From Phragmitibacter sp. (GTDB lineage: Bacteria; Verrucomicrobiota; Verrucomicrobiia; Verrucomicrobiales; Verrucomicrobiaceae): a stretch of DNA of 64,000 bases. The stretch is from assembly GCA_965284365.1 (NCBI GenBank), contig OZ260079.1, forward strand, positions 456,836 to 520,835, given 5' to 3'. The notes beneath the pieces are model-generated. The model was given only the letters and a program-made list of their open reading frames with translations. It made no database searches and was not told the DNA's origin. Made by a program: the position numbers and the translations under genes. Positions 18,915-28,200 of this stretch are shown here, one piece after another. Positions within the stretch are counted from its first letter, which is position 1. Every line of letters begins with the position of its first letter.

Positions 18915-19640
18915 TCAAAGGATGCCACCATCTATCTTAAGTATGGCTCCAGTGATATAGGACGCCTCCGGTGAAGCAAGGAAAAGCGCTGCTGCCGCCA
19001 CTTCTTCCGGCTTCCCCAGCCTCCGCATGGGGATCCGCATGGCGGCCTCGCGGAGTTGGCCCGCATCCATTTCGTTCAGTGCATCCGTGGCGATATATCC
19101 GGGGCAGAGGGCATTGACAGTGATGCCGGCTCTGGCCGTTTCCTTGGCGAAACTCTGGGTGAGCGCGACGAGCCCTGCCTTTGCCGCAGCGTAATTTGTC
19201 TGTCCGGCTGGGGCCAGCAGGGCGCTGAGAGACGCCACATTCAAGATGCGGCCGAAGCGCTGACCCATCATGACTTTCACCACGGCACGGCAGCCGAGGA
19301 ACGCTCCGGTCAGATTGCTTTGCAGCACCTCATGCCAAGCGACGTCACTCATGGTCGCGAGGAGCGAGTCATCATGGTGGCCGGCGTTGTTGATAAGCAC
19401 GTCCAGTCTTCCGCTTGCCGCGACGATGCACTGCACCGCGTCCTGCCACTGGGCATCCGAAGTGACATCGAGCTCGACGACATGACATCTTCCTGAAAAC
19501 TCGAGAGCAAGCTCATCAGCCCGAGTGCGGCCCTTCCTCACACCCAGCCAGACGTGCGCTTCCAAGTCTGCCTTTAGAAAACGGCGGCCAAAAGCAATAC
19601 CGAGACCGCCGTTCCCGCCGGTGATGAGGATGCTACGCAT
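18915..19640 (-). CDS. SDR-family 3-oxoacyl-ACP reductase-like ketoreductase
   Basis: 'ILITGGNGGLGIAF' Rossmann motif, 'LINNAG', and the catalytic 'S...YAAAKAG' triad region. Confidence 0.75.
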   Translation of the reverse strand: MRSILITGGNGGLGIAFGRRFLKADLEAHVWLGVRKGRTRADELALEFSGRCHVVELDVTSDAQWQDAVQCIVAASGRLDVLINNAGHHDDSLLATMSDVAWHEVLQSNLTGAFLGCRAVVKVMMGQRFGRILNVASLSALLAPAGQTNYAAAKAGLVALTQSFAKETARAGITVNALCPGYIATDALNEMDAGQLREAAMRIPMRRLGKPEEVAAAALFLASPEASYITGAILKIDGGIL

Positions 19641-19690
19641 GAGTTTTTTTCAGCCAGGAAGGGTGGCCGCGCCAGAAAGAATTGCCCGCC

Positions 19691-20731
19691 TCACAGTACG
19701 CGCGAAAAGACAGCGCCGAGCGCCTGCTGAGCCAGACCTATGGCGCTAACGTGAGCATTCTGAAGTCCGCTATTCCGCATCAGGGCTTCACAGGCCAGCA
19801 CCGTCTTCCAGCCTGCGGAGACACCAAAGCCCTCTCCGAGGACAGAATGCAGCCCGAGCCGACTGCCGGGCCAACCGGTCCAGGCAGCGCTCTCCGCGGC
19901 ATCCAGACGTGGGGAACCCCGCAGCCCATGGCACAATAGCGATCGCTCTGACTCCCATCCGGTGAGGTCGTGGTGCACGCGTTGGGCCGCTTCAGCCCGG
20001 CTGATACGATTTGTGTAAGCGTAAGGACCGGCAATGCGGTTCAAGCGGATGCCCGGGGCAGGTTCCCCTTTCTCCAAAAGCAACGCGGCTGCGCCTTCCC
20101 CGGCAACGCTGTTTTTCTGGAAGAGCATCATCGCCTCTTCTGTCATCCAGTCTGATTCTTCAGCTGCGATAACGAGGCACGCGGGCACGATGCCGTCTAT
20201 GAGCCATTGCATGGCCAAGTCCAAACCGCTGAGGAACTGTGAGTCGTCTCCCACCAAAGTCGCATTTACACCAGTGGAGCCGAGTTGCGCAGAGACATGG
20301 CTGGAGGGGGCATTGTATACGGTCTCGGGAAATAGAATAGGACTGGCGAGAGCTGGATCCGTAAGCACCTCTGCGAAGAAGCGGGTGCTGAATTGTACGC
20401 AACCACTCATGGCGCAAAAGATGACGCCCAAGTTCCACGAGCCGCCCCGGCTCGCCGCGAGCCGCTCTTCTCCCAGTGCGGTTGCAGCCGCATGGATGGA
20501 AAACCGCGATGCGGCTGAGGCACGTCTCAGCCTTGGATGTTTCATCCAGGCAGGAGCAGGGCCTTCCCACGCCGGCACATGCCGCAACTTTCGCCTGGGC
20601 GCATAATCTCCCCGGCTTGCTTCGGTGATGGGCAAGGGAGAGCCATCCTGGACGGCATCCCATAAGCCCGCCACGCTCCAGCCCGCAGGCGAAACCGCTC
20701 CCCACCCGGAAATTTTCAGAATCTGCTTCAT
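19691..20731 (-). CDS. beta-ketoacyl synthase-like protein lacking the active-site Cys (chain-length-factor-like ketosynthase partner)
   Basis: Ketosynthase N-terminal 'ISGWGAVSPAGW'. The position of the catalytic Cys reads 'TLVGDDSQFLSGL'. No His-His motifs are visible in the C-terminal half. Confidence 0.55.
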   Translation of the reverse strand: MKQILKISGWGAVSPAGWSVAGLWDAVQDGSPLPITEASRGDYAPRRKLRHVPAWEGPAPAWMKHPRLRRASAASRFSIHAAATALGEERLAASRGGSWNLGVIFCAMSGCVQFSTRFFAEVLTDPALASPILFPETVYNAPSSHVSAQLGSTGVNATLVGDDSQFLSGLDLAMQWLIDGIVPACLVIAAEESDWMTEEAMMLFQKNSVAGEGAAALLLEKGEPAPGIRLNRIAGPYAYTNRISRAEAAQRVHHDLTGWESERSLLCHGLRGSPRLDAAESAAWTGWPGSRLGLHSVLGEGFGVSAGWKTVLACEALMRNSGLQNAHVSAIGLAQQALGAVFSRVL

Positions 20732-20741
20732 GATCCTCTTT

Positions 20742-21995
20742 TCAAACGGCTCGCATCACCAACGTGGCATTCGAACCGCCGAAGCCAAATGAGTTGGTCA
20801 GCACGCAATCGAGTTTCCTTGCGCGAGGCTCACGCACAAAGTCGAAGGTGCAGACTGAGTCCGGCATTTCCACCATGGGCGTGGGCGGCACAAATCCCCC
20901 GTTCATGGCGAGCAAACAGATGACAGCCTCCACGGCTCCCGCACCACCCAGGAGGTGACCAATCGCTCCTTTCGTGCTGCTCACCATGATGTCCGGCGTG
21001 TGAAGGCCTGCCCATTCCTGAATGGCTCTTCCCTCAGCGATGTCATTCAGCGGCGTGCCGGTGCCGTGGGAGTTAATATACTGAACTGCATCCGGCGTGA
21101 TCTTCGCCTCTGCGCAAGCTTCTTGCATGCTTCTCAGTGCAGCTTTACCTTCAGGGTGGGGCTGAGTGAGATGATGCAGATCTGTGCTGGCGCCGTATCC
21201 CGTGACTTCAGCAAGAATTTCAGCACCGCGAGCTATGGCATCGTCTAGGCGTTCAAGCATGACAATCCCAGCGCCCTCACCCAAAGCCAAACCATCGCGG
21301 TTTGCATCGAACGGACGTGGACGATTGCTCAAGGCCTGGAGCGAGTCGAACCCCGCATAAACCATATGGGCGAGGGCATCATATCCACCAGCGATAGCCC
21401 GCCGAGCGCGGCCAGATTTGATCTGACGGAAAGCTTCGCCGATAGCATTCGCCCCGCTGGCGCAGGCATTTGTGATGATGGTTACCGGGCCATCCACTCC
21501 AAGTGCATCCGCAAGAAATCGGGCTTGGCTCGGCGGTTGGTAGGCGATGACTCTAGCGGCCAAGCCTGACTGCTTTCCCGGCGTGGCGACCTTTCGGCCG
21601 TAATACTCCTCGCCCAGGCTCATGCCCCCGGCACTGGTGCCAAGGAAGATGGGTATGCTTGCCTGTTCCAGCGTAGCGGGATTCCACCCGCACTGCTCCA
21701 TGGCCTCCAGGCCAGCGTAGAGAAGTAAGCGGGAGGGCCGGTCGAGACGGGACAGTTGCCGTTTGGTAAGGAGGTGCGTGGGGAGCGGCTGGTCGAAGAC
21801 AACTTCCCCACCTCGTTGCACGCGCTGCCGGGACGCATCGAAGACAGTGATGTCTCGCAAAGCGATGCGGCCCTCCCGAAACCCCGCGGCATTAGCGGCG
21901 CGGCCAATCCCCATGGACGTAATGATCCCGGCGCCCGTCACCGCCACGCGATGAGGGCCAGCACTGTCTGTGGGGTTGGGGTAGCCCATGGCCAC
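20742..21995 (-). CDS. beta-ketoacyl-ACP synthase (FabF/FabB-like ketosynthase)
   Basis: Active-site Cys 'IITNACASGANAIG'. His motifs 'INSHGTGTPLND' and 'STKGAIGHLLGGAG'. Confidence 0.8.
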   Translation of the reverse strand: MAMGYPNPTDSAGPHRVAVTGAGIITSMGIGRAANAAGFREGRIALRDITVFDASRQRVQRGGEVVFDQPLPTHLLTKRQLSRLDRPSRLLLYAGLEAMEQCGWNPATLEQASIPIFLGTSAGGMSLGEEYYGRKVATPGKQSGLAARVIAYQPPSQARFLADALGVDGPVTIITNACASGANAIGEAFRQIKSGRARRAIAGGYDALAHMVYAGFDSLQALSNRPRPFDANRDGLALGEGAGIVMLERLDDAIARGAEILAEVTGYGASTDLHHLTQPHPEGKAALRSMQEACAEAKITPDAVQYINSHGTGTPLNDIAEGRAIQEWAGLHTPDIMVSSTKGAIGHLLGGAGAVEAVICLLAMNGGFVPPTPMVEMPDSVCTFDFVREPRARKLDCVLTNSFGFGGSNATLVMRAV

Positions 21996-22062
21996 GAATA
22001 GAGGATCAATGCCCTACCCTCAAGCGAAAGCCGGTGGGGCGCTATGCGGCAGACATATTTGA

Positions 22063-23421
22063 ATGTATCATTGCGTCCTCCCGTCAGAAGAGATACCTCC
22101 CTTTGCCATGCTTTTCCGTCAGTGGTGTCAGATCCTACGAAGTCATCAAGCTCATGAGGCCGTGTATGATGCGGCCACTGGCGAGAGGGTGACTTTTGCT
22201 GATTTACAGAACGACCTGGACCGAGAACCGGGTCTCTCTGCTGGCGCCGTTCTGGCCCTGCCAATCTCGGTGGGAGCACGCGCTTTTCTAGTGCAAACGC
22301 TCCGGAGCTGGCGGGACGGCGCCGTGCTCTGCCCGGTGGAGGATGAAGTGCCCATGGAGCTTCCCGAAACAGGAGAGCTGCCCCCGGAAGTCTGTCACCT
22401 GAAATACACTTCCGGTACGACGGGTGAACCACGGTGGGTTATGTTCAACGAACATCAGCTCGCGGCAGATGCGCGGCAGATTCGGCACACGATGGGGCTG
22501 GATCGCGCATGCCCGAATCTTGCTGTGATCTCGCTGGCTCACAGCTACGGATTTTCGAATCTGGTTCTGCAATTGCTGCTGCACGGTCATCCCATGGTCA
22601 CGATGGCCGATGCTCTGCCAGGAACCCTGCGTATGGCTTTCACGCGGGATCATCGCTATACCCTCCCCGCTGTGCCGGCGATGTGGCGAGCCTGGCATCA
22701 GGTCGGCCTGCTCAAAGATGCGCCTATCGCATGCGCCATCACGGCAGGGGCGCCCATGCTCCTGGAATTGGAAATGCAGATTTTCCAGATGGATGGGCTC
22801 AAGGTGCACACCTTTTACGGGGCGAGCGAATGTGGCGGCATTGCCTATGACAGCTCGGACACGCCGCGTCAGGATGCCCATGTGATCGGGACGCCAGTGG
22901 AGCATGTCACTCTTTCACTGCATCGAAATGGTTGCGTGATAGTGGAGAGTCCCGCCGTGGCGCTTGGTTATTGGCCTGCGGCTTCTCTCGAGCAGGACAC
23001 GCTGAGTGTTGGGCGTTACCTGACGAGCGACCTTGGGCAGTTGCGGAGTGGCAAGATCAGTCTGCATGGACGCGCTTCCGATGCGATCAACATCGCGGGG
23101 CGCAAGCTGAATCCCAACGATGTGGAGTCGGCGCTGCTGACCTGCCCGGGAGTGCACCACTGTGTCGTCTTCGGCGCGCCCAGTCTGGATTCAGCACGTC
23201 ACGAAGACACGATTGCCTGTGTCAATGTCGCACCTGGGATCAAGACGAGTGACCTGAACCGGTGGCTCGGCGATCGCCTGCCTGCCTGGCAGCGGCCGCG
23301 TCACTACTGGCTCAATGAAGAACTACAGACCAACACTCGAGGCAAGACCCCTCGAAGCCATTGGCGGGCTCAATGGCTGCAGTTCTCCAAGGCTGCTCTC
23401 ATGGCCAACGAACTTCTATAG
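22063..23421 (+). CDS. AMP-dependent synthetase/ligase (adenylate-forming acyl-CoA/acyl-ACP ligase)
   Basis: AMP-binding motif 'YTSGTTGEPRW'. 'TFYGASECGGIA'. Divergent from the ketosynthase operon. The start codon is uncertain: 22063, or 22108 at 'MLFRQW'. Confidence 0.7.
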   Translation: MYHCVLPSEEIPPFAMLFRQWCQILRSHQAHEAVYDAATGERVTFADLQNDLDREPGLSAGAVLALPISVGARAFLVQTLRSWRDGAVLCPVEDEVPMELPETGELPPEVCHLKYTSGTTGEPRWVMFNEHQLAADARQIRHTMGLDRACPNLAVISLAHSYGFSNLVLQLLLHGHPMVTMADALPGTLRMAFTRDHRYTLPAVPAMWRAWHQVGLLKDAPIACAITAGAPMLLELEMQIFQMDGLKVHTFYGASECGGIAYDSSDTPRQDAHVIGTPVEHVTLSLHRNGCVIVESPAVALGYWPAASLEQDTLSVGRYLTSDLGQLRSGKISLHGRASDAINIAGRKLNPNDVESALLTCPGVHHCVVFGAPSLDSARHEDTIACVNVAPGIKTSDLNRWLGDRLPAWQRPRHYWLNEELQTNTRGKTPRSHWRAQWLQFSKAALMANELL

Positions 23422-23444
23422 CAGCGGCGGCGGCGAGTTGCCGC

Positions 23445-24344
23445 TTACGCTGGTTGTGCTCCACGTCGCAGAATGGACTTAGCGGCGGCTTGATTTGCGC
23501 GATGGATGGCTTCCGCCAGCGGGACATTCTTTGCGATGGCAGCGGCGAATACGCCGGCAAATGTGTCGCCCGCGCCTACGGTGTCGACGGGATTCACGGG
23601 TTGGGTTGCCACGGTTAGCATCGTGGGTTTATGGCCTTCGGCTTGCTTAGACAGGCAATGGACTGAGGCTGATCCGCGTGTGACGATCAGCGTGCCGATA
23701 GCCAGTTGCTTCATTCGTTTCCACCAAGGGGTGGGGTGCACGGCCAGAGTGGCTACACGATACCGGAAGATCGCCGCGGCTTCGCTTTCGTTGACCACCA
23801 GATAATCGACCCAGACTTCACCCCATTTGAATTCGGATGATATGGGAGACGGGTTCATCACCACGGCAACGCCTGCACGATTGGCCAACTGAAGCGCGGC
23901 CATCACACACGTCATGGGGGTCTCCCACTGGAGGAGCAAGACATCGGCGGACTCTATCAAGCGCCGATGCCGACGGACCCAAGCCGCGGTGAGTTTGCCG
24001 TTTGCCTCAGGGGCCACGATGATCTGATTCTCTCCAGAAGCTGCGACGCCGATGAGGGCGGTGCCTGTGAGGGCCTTGGGTGCAGTCATGATGCCGGAGT
24101 CATCGATGGCGAACTTTGTGAGGCGTGTGCGGTAGGCCGCGCCGTCGGCGTCAGCGCCGAGACATCCGATCATGCGAACTGTGGCACCAGCCCGGCTTGC
24201 GGCGATGGCCTGATTTGCCCCCTTCCCGCCAAATGCTTTGCGCAGTCTATGAGCTCGGACGGTCTCACCCGGCGAGGGAAGGTGTTTCGTCTCCCCCACC
24301 ATGTCGATATTCAGGGAGCCTACTACAGCGATGGAGGGTTTCAC
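23445..24344 (-). CDS. ribokinase / PfkB-family sugar kinase
   Basis: 'IAVVGSLNIDMV', 'GGKGANQAIAA', and the C-terminal 'DTVGAGDTFAGVFAAA' anion-hole motif. Confidence 0.75.
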   Translation of the reverse strand: MKPSIAVVGSLNIDMVGETKHLPSPGETVRAHRLRKAFGGKGANQAIAASRAGATVRMIGCLGADADGAAYRTRLTKFAIDDSGIMTAPKALTGTALIGVAASGENQIIVAPEANGKLTAAWVRRHRRLIESADVLLLQWETPMTCVMAALQLANRAGVAVVMNPSPISSEFKWGEVWVDYLVVNESEAAAIFRYRVATLAVHPTPWWKRMKQLAIGTLIVTRGSASVHCLSKQAEGHKPTMLTVATQPVNPVDTVGAGDTFAGVFAAAIAKNVPLAEAIHRANQAAAKSILRRGAQPA

Positions 24345-24363
24345 GGTGAGAGATGTAGTTCGT

Positions 24364-25203
24364 TTACACAGATTGTTTGGCCTGCATCCAAAGCCACACG
24401 AGGCCAGTGCCTCTGTGTTCTTCCGTGGCGAGCTTCAGTTCATCCTTCGAGATGGGTTCTTTTGAGTGGAGCGTATTGTTGGCTATCCACGTGTCACGGC
24501 TGAGCGCATCGATTCGCTCAATGTGATGAGTGGATTCAAATCGAGCTTTAAGGAGGTTTTCTACTTCGGTAGATGTGGGAGGTGCTTCGTGAACCTCGAC
24601 GAGTATGTCGTTGCGAATCAATGAAGGCGCCGCCTTTGGATCCAACAACTGGGCTTCAAAGCCTTCGATATCGCAAACCACCAGGGTTTTTCTGCCTGAG
24701 AGTTTATCCAGATCTGAATGGCTGCAGAACGAATTGATGTGGAGCCGATCTTCCACATTGTTCAATGCCGCCAAGCGCCGAACCTGTGAACGTGAGATAA
24801 AGTCTGTGTCGAAGGCGAAGACGTTTGCACCGGGGATGGCGACCGCCAATCCAACTGCGTAATAACCTTCGGCGCAACCGACGTCGATTATCACGGAGTA
24901 AGCGCGTTGGACGATGTGATTTACCACCGGATGGAGCTCAGCTTCATAGGAGCCAAGCCACTTTGGCGTGATGGAACCCCAGACCGTTTCATTAATATAG
25001 CGGAGGTCTTTGAAAGGGCCTGACTGGACCTGAATGGCGTCATTGCTTCCGAAGAGCTTTGTGCGGAATGCTGACTGATAGTCAAAAAACATCCGGCGGA
25101 AGTGGCGCCGGTTCCGCATGGCTCGAACTGCGTCGAAGAGCGCGGGGAACCGCTGACTAAGGAAAGATTTTAGAAAGGCCTTCACGAGAGGTCGCACGAG
25201 CAA
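24364..25203 (-). CDS. FkbM-family SAM-dependent methyltransferase
   Basis: 'VIIDVGCAEGYYAVGLA...NVFAFD' SAM-binding fold. Length is typical of Methyltransf_21. Confidence 0.65.
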   Translation of the reverse strand: MLVRPLVKAFLKSFLSQRFPALFDAVRAMRNRRHFRRMFFDYQSAFRTKLFGSNDAIQVQSGPFKDLRYINETVWGSITPKWLGSYEAELHPVVNHIVQRAYSVIIDVGCAEGYYAVGLAVAIPGANVFAFDTDFISRSQVRRLAALNNVEDRLHINSFCSHSDLDKLSGRKTLVVCDIEGFEAQLLDPKAAPSLIRNDILVEVHEAPPTSTEVENLLKARFESTHHIERIDALSRDTWIANNTLHSKEPISKDELKLATEEHRGTGLVWLWMQAKQSV

Positions 25204-25264
25204 GTGTCACGCAGCGCTGCATTGAGCAGTTACTGACAGTGGAGTGTACCAGTATTGTTTGCGG

Positions 25265-28200
25265 TTAACTCTCATTTTCATCGCCTTGCTCCACCTGACT
25301 ACGCACGGCTACGGGTTGGCTGCCGTCGGGGGCGCGTTCTACGGGTTGCACGCGGATCTCTACATCCACGGGAACGGCGCGAAGGCCTTCGATGATCTTT
25401 TGAAGCTGCGCCATGGTCGCATCCGTCAGTGTGGCCGGTTGTGCAAATGCGGTAAGCGAGTTCTGAATGCCTTCCAGGCCTGCGGTGAAGGCGCTCAAGT
25501 GGCCGGAGATTCGGCTGACGGGATCGTTCTCGCCCGCACCGCCAGTCAAGAGATTGCGTTTGAAGGTTCGTTTGATTTCATCCCAACGCGCGAGGTCTGC
25601 CGGAGAAGCAAAACCATTGATCTCTCGCCACTTCAGCAGGTTGGCCTCTGCGGCCTGACTGAGCGTCTGCGCTTCGCCGCGATAGTGGTCTTCGATCAAG
25701 CTTTTTACTTCATCGTCTGACATGAGCGGGAGGATCTTCTCCGCGATCTTGTTCATGTTCCGGTAGGAACCCTGGAGCTTGAAGGGTGGTTCGGTCCGGT
25801 AGGCATCTTCCATGGCGGCGCTGCGGATGTACTCCTGATTCACGCGCAACATCACCTGCCGCACGGTCAACAACTTTTCCATGACACGAACGCACTCCTC
25901 GATCTCCTCAGCGCTGTAATTGCCTTCGAACTCGATGTCCTCGCGATTTCCTGTAAGCGCGATCTTAAGGATGGCCAAGGCGTCGGCATGACTACGGGCG
26001 GCCACGCGAGCCAGGGTAGTATTGCTGGTCAATGCATTCTCGATGTAGCTGTCTTTAAAGGCGGCCTCATGATTCCCCAGGATGTCCCCAAGATTATAGG
26101 TGTCCGCGCGGTTCGCGAGCATATCCGGCACCTGAAACTTTCCGCCGACCTCCGTATATGGATTGCCTGCCATGACCACGGCCACCTTCCGGCCGCGCAG
26201 GTCATACGTTTGGGCTTTCCCACGGAACACGCCCTCGATTTTGCGTGAGCCGTCGCACAGCGAAATGAATTTCTGAAGAAACTCCGGGTTGGTATGCTGG
26301 ATGTCATCCACGTAGATCATGACATTGTCGCCCATGGCAAATGCCAAGTTCAGCCGCTCCACTTCTTCCCGGGCACTGGCGTTAGATGCTTCCGCTGGAT
26401 CGAGGGAAGTAACCTTGTGACCAAGCGCCGGACCGTTGATTTTTACTAAAGTAATCCCGAGGCGGTTCGCGACGTATTCCATCAGGGTGGTTTTGCCGTA
26501 GCCGGGCGGAGAGATGAGCAACAGCATGCCCATCCGGTCCGTGCGGGTAGCGCTGCCTGCCGCACCGATTTGCTTGGCGAGATTCGCGCCGATGAGCGGC
26601 AGATAGACTTGATCGAGCAAGCGGTTCCGAACGAAGGAACTCAGCACGTTGGCCTTGAAAGTATCCAGCCGCAGGGTTTCGCGACGCGTTTGGATGAGTT
26701 CGTGTTTGCGGCGCTGGAATTCCGCAAAGGCAGGCGCTGTCTCCGTGCAATAGCGCGTGAGGCGCGAGGAGAATTCATGGTAGTCGACTGACATCACCCC
26801 GCCCTGTTCAATATGCGGGTGTGATCCTGTCAGTCCGGTAATCTGAACTTTTGCGGTGGGCTCCGGAGGCAATGCCTGCGGGGGCTCGTCTTTGATCATT
26901 AGTAAGGCTGCGGCCTCCCATTTAACGAAGGTGTTCGCTTCCGGACAAAGAGCCGAAAGCCACTCCAAGGTTAACTCCCAATGCGTGTTGGGCTGATCAC
27001 GCAAGGAATCCAGCATCTCTGCAAAGGCGGTTCCTGCACGTTTCGCAGTCAGCAGTTTCCGGAAGGTGTGCACCAAATCCACAGCAGCATTGGAACGGGT
27101 AAGCGGCAGTTGGGGGTGTTTGGTGGTGAGGGCTTTCAGTTCGTCCACCAAGCAGGCTGCAGCCGCCGGGATGTCTGTTCCTAATGGCATACCGTGCTCC
27201 GTCATGTGCTTGGTGAGCACTGAGAGCGCGTCCACATCGGATGTCTTTCCACCCACGTGCTCTTCCATGCGTCCGCGGGCCTTCATTCGGCTGGCGAAGG
27301 CGTCTTTGTCCTGACCTCCGGGCCATGCATGCCAGAACCAGAGGGCGGCGCCACGGGCTTGAGGGCCATGCCTCAGCAATCCGAGGTCGCGCTGCATTTC
27401 CAGCAGGGGTGTGAGGATCAAAGTGGCATCGTGATCATGGACGCCCTTCGTGTAGCCTTCGTGATAACGCTGACTCATGAAGGCCTGCACCTGGGCTAAT
27501 CTCTCCTCAGGTGACGCTTTGAGATAAGCGCTAACGCCCGTGCCGGATTGGGAATGGAGCGCCATCATCATTTGCCAGGCCAAGTATTCACCGCGGTAAA
27601 CTTCTTCATTCTCCGCGATGACACTTTGTTCCCAGACTGCCCGCAATGAGGTCAGCGTGGGATCCTCAACTGACTCGAAGTACTGAGTGCCGGTGAGATG
27701 ATAGCAAAGCCCGCCCTCCCTTAGGAGGATCGTAAGTTCCAGCGGGAGCCGGTTCACGGTGAAGCGGTGCTTTCCGAGCTGGATAAGATCGCCCTCTACG
27801 AAAAGTTCGGATTTGTCCCGAATCTGCTTGAGCGAATCCTGCTGTAGCGTCTTCAGCTTCGTGGCGAGGTCGTCCGCCTGCACTTGGCCGCCGATCGCGC
27901 GCAATTGTTCAATGAGATCCCGCAGCTTTGCGACCATGACATCGCTGGCGATCCAGGAATGCACTTCCTCCGGTTTGGCGAAGCTCGCCAACCGGCTGCG
28001 CACGCTTGTCAGGATACGCTCTGCGGATTGCGTCAGACTTTGCGCGCGCCGGTTCCTCGCATCGACCAAGGATTGCCGCCGTGCCTCGAAGGCGCTTTGC
28101 ACTTCTTCCCGCTTACTGGTGAGTTCCTCTGCGTATTCGTCGAAGTCAGCAAAGCGGCCTTCGAGTTCTTCGATTTGAACCAGCACTCGTGTCAGCGACT

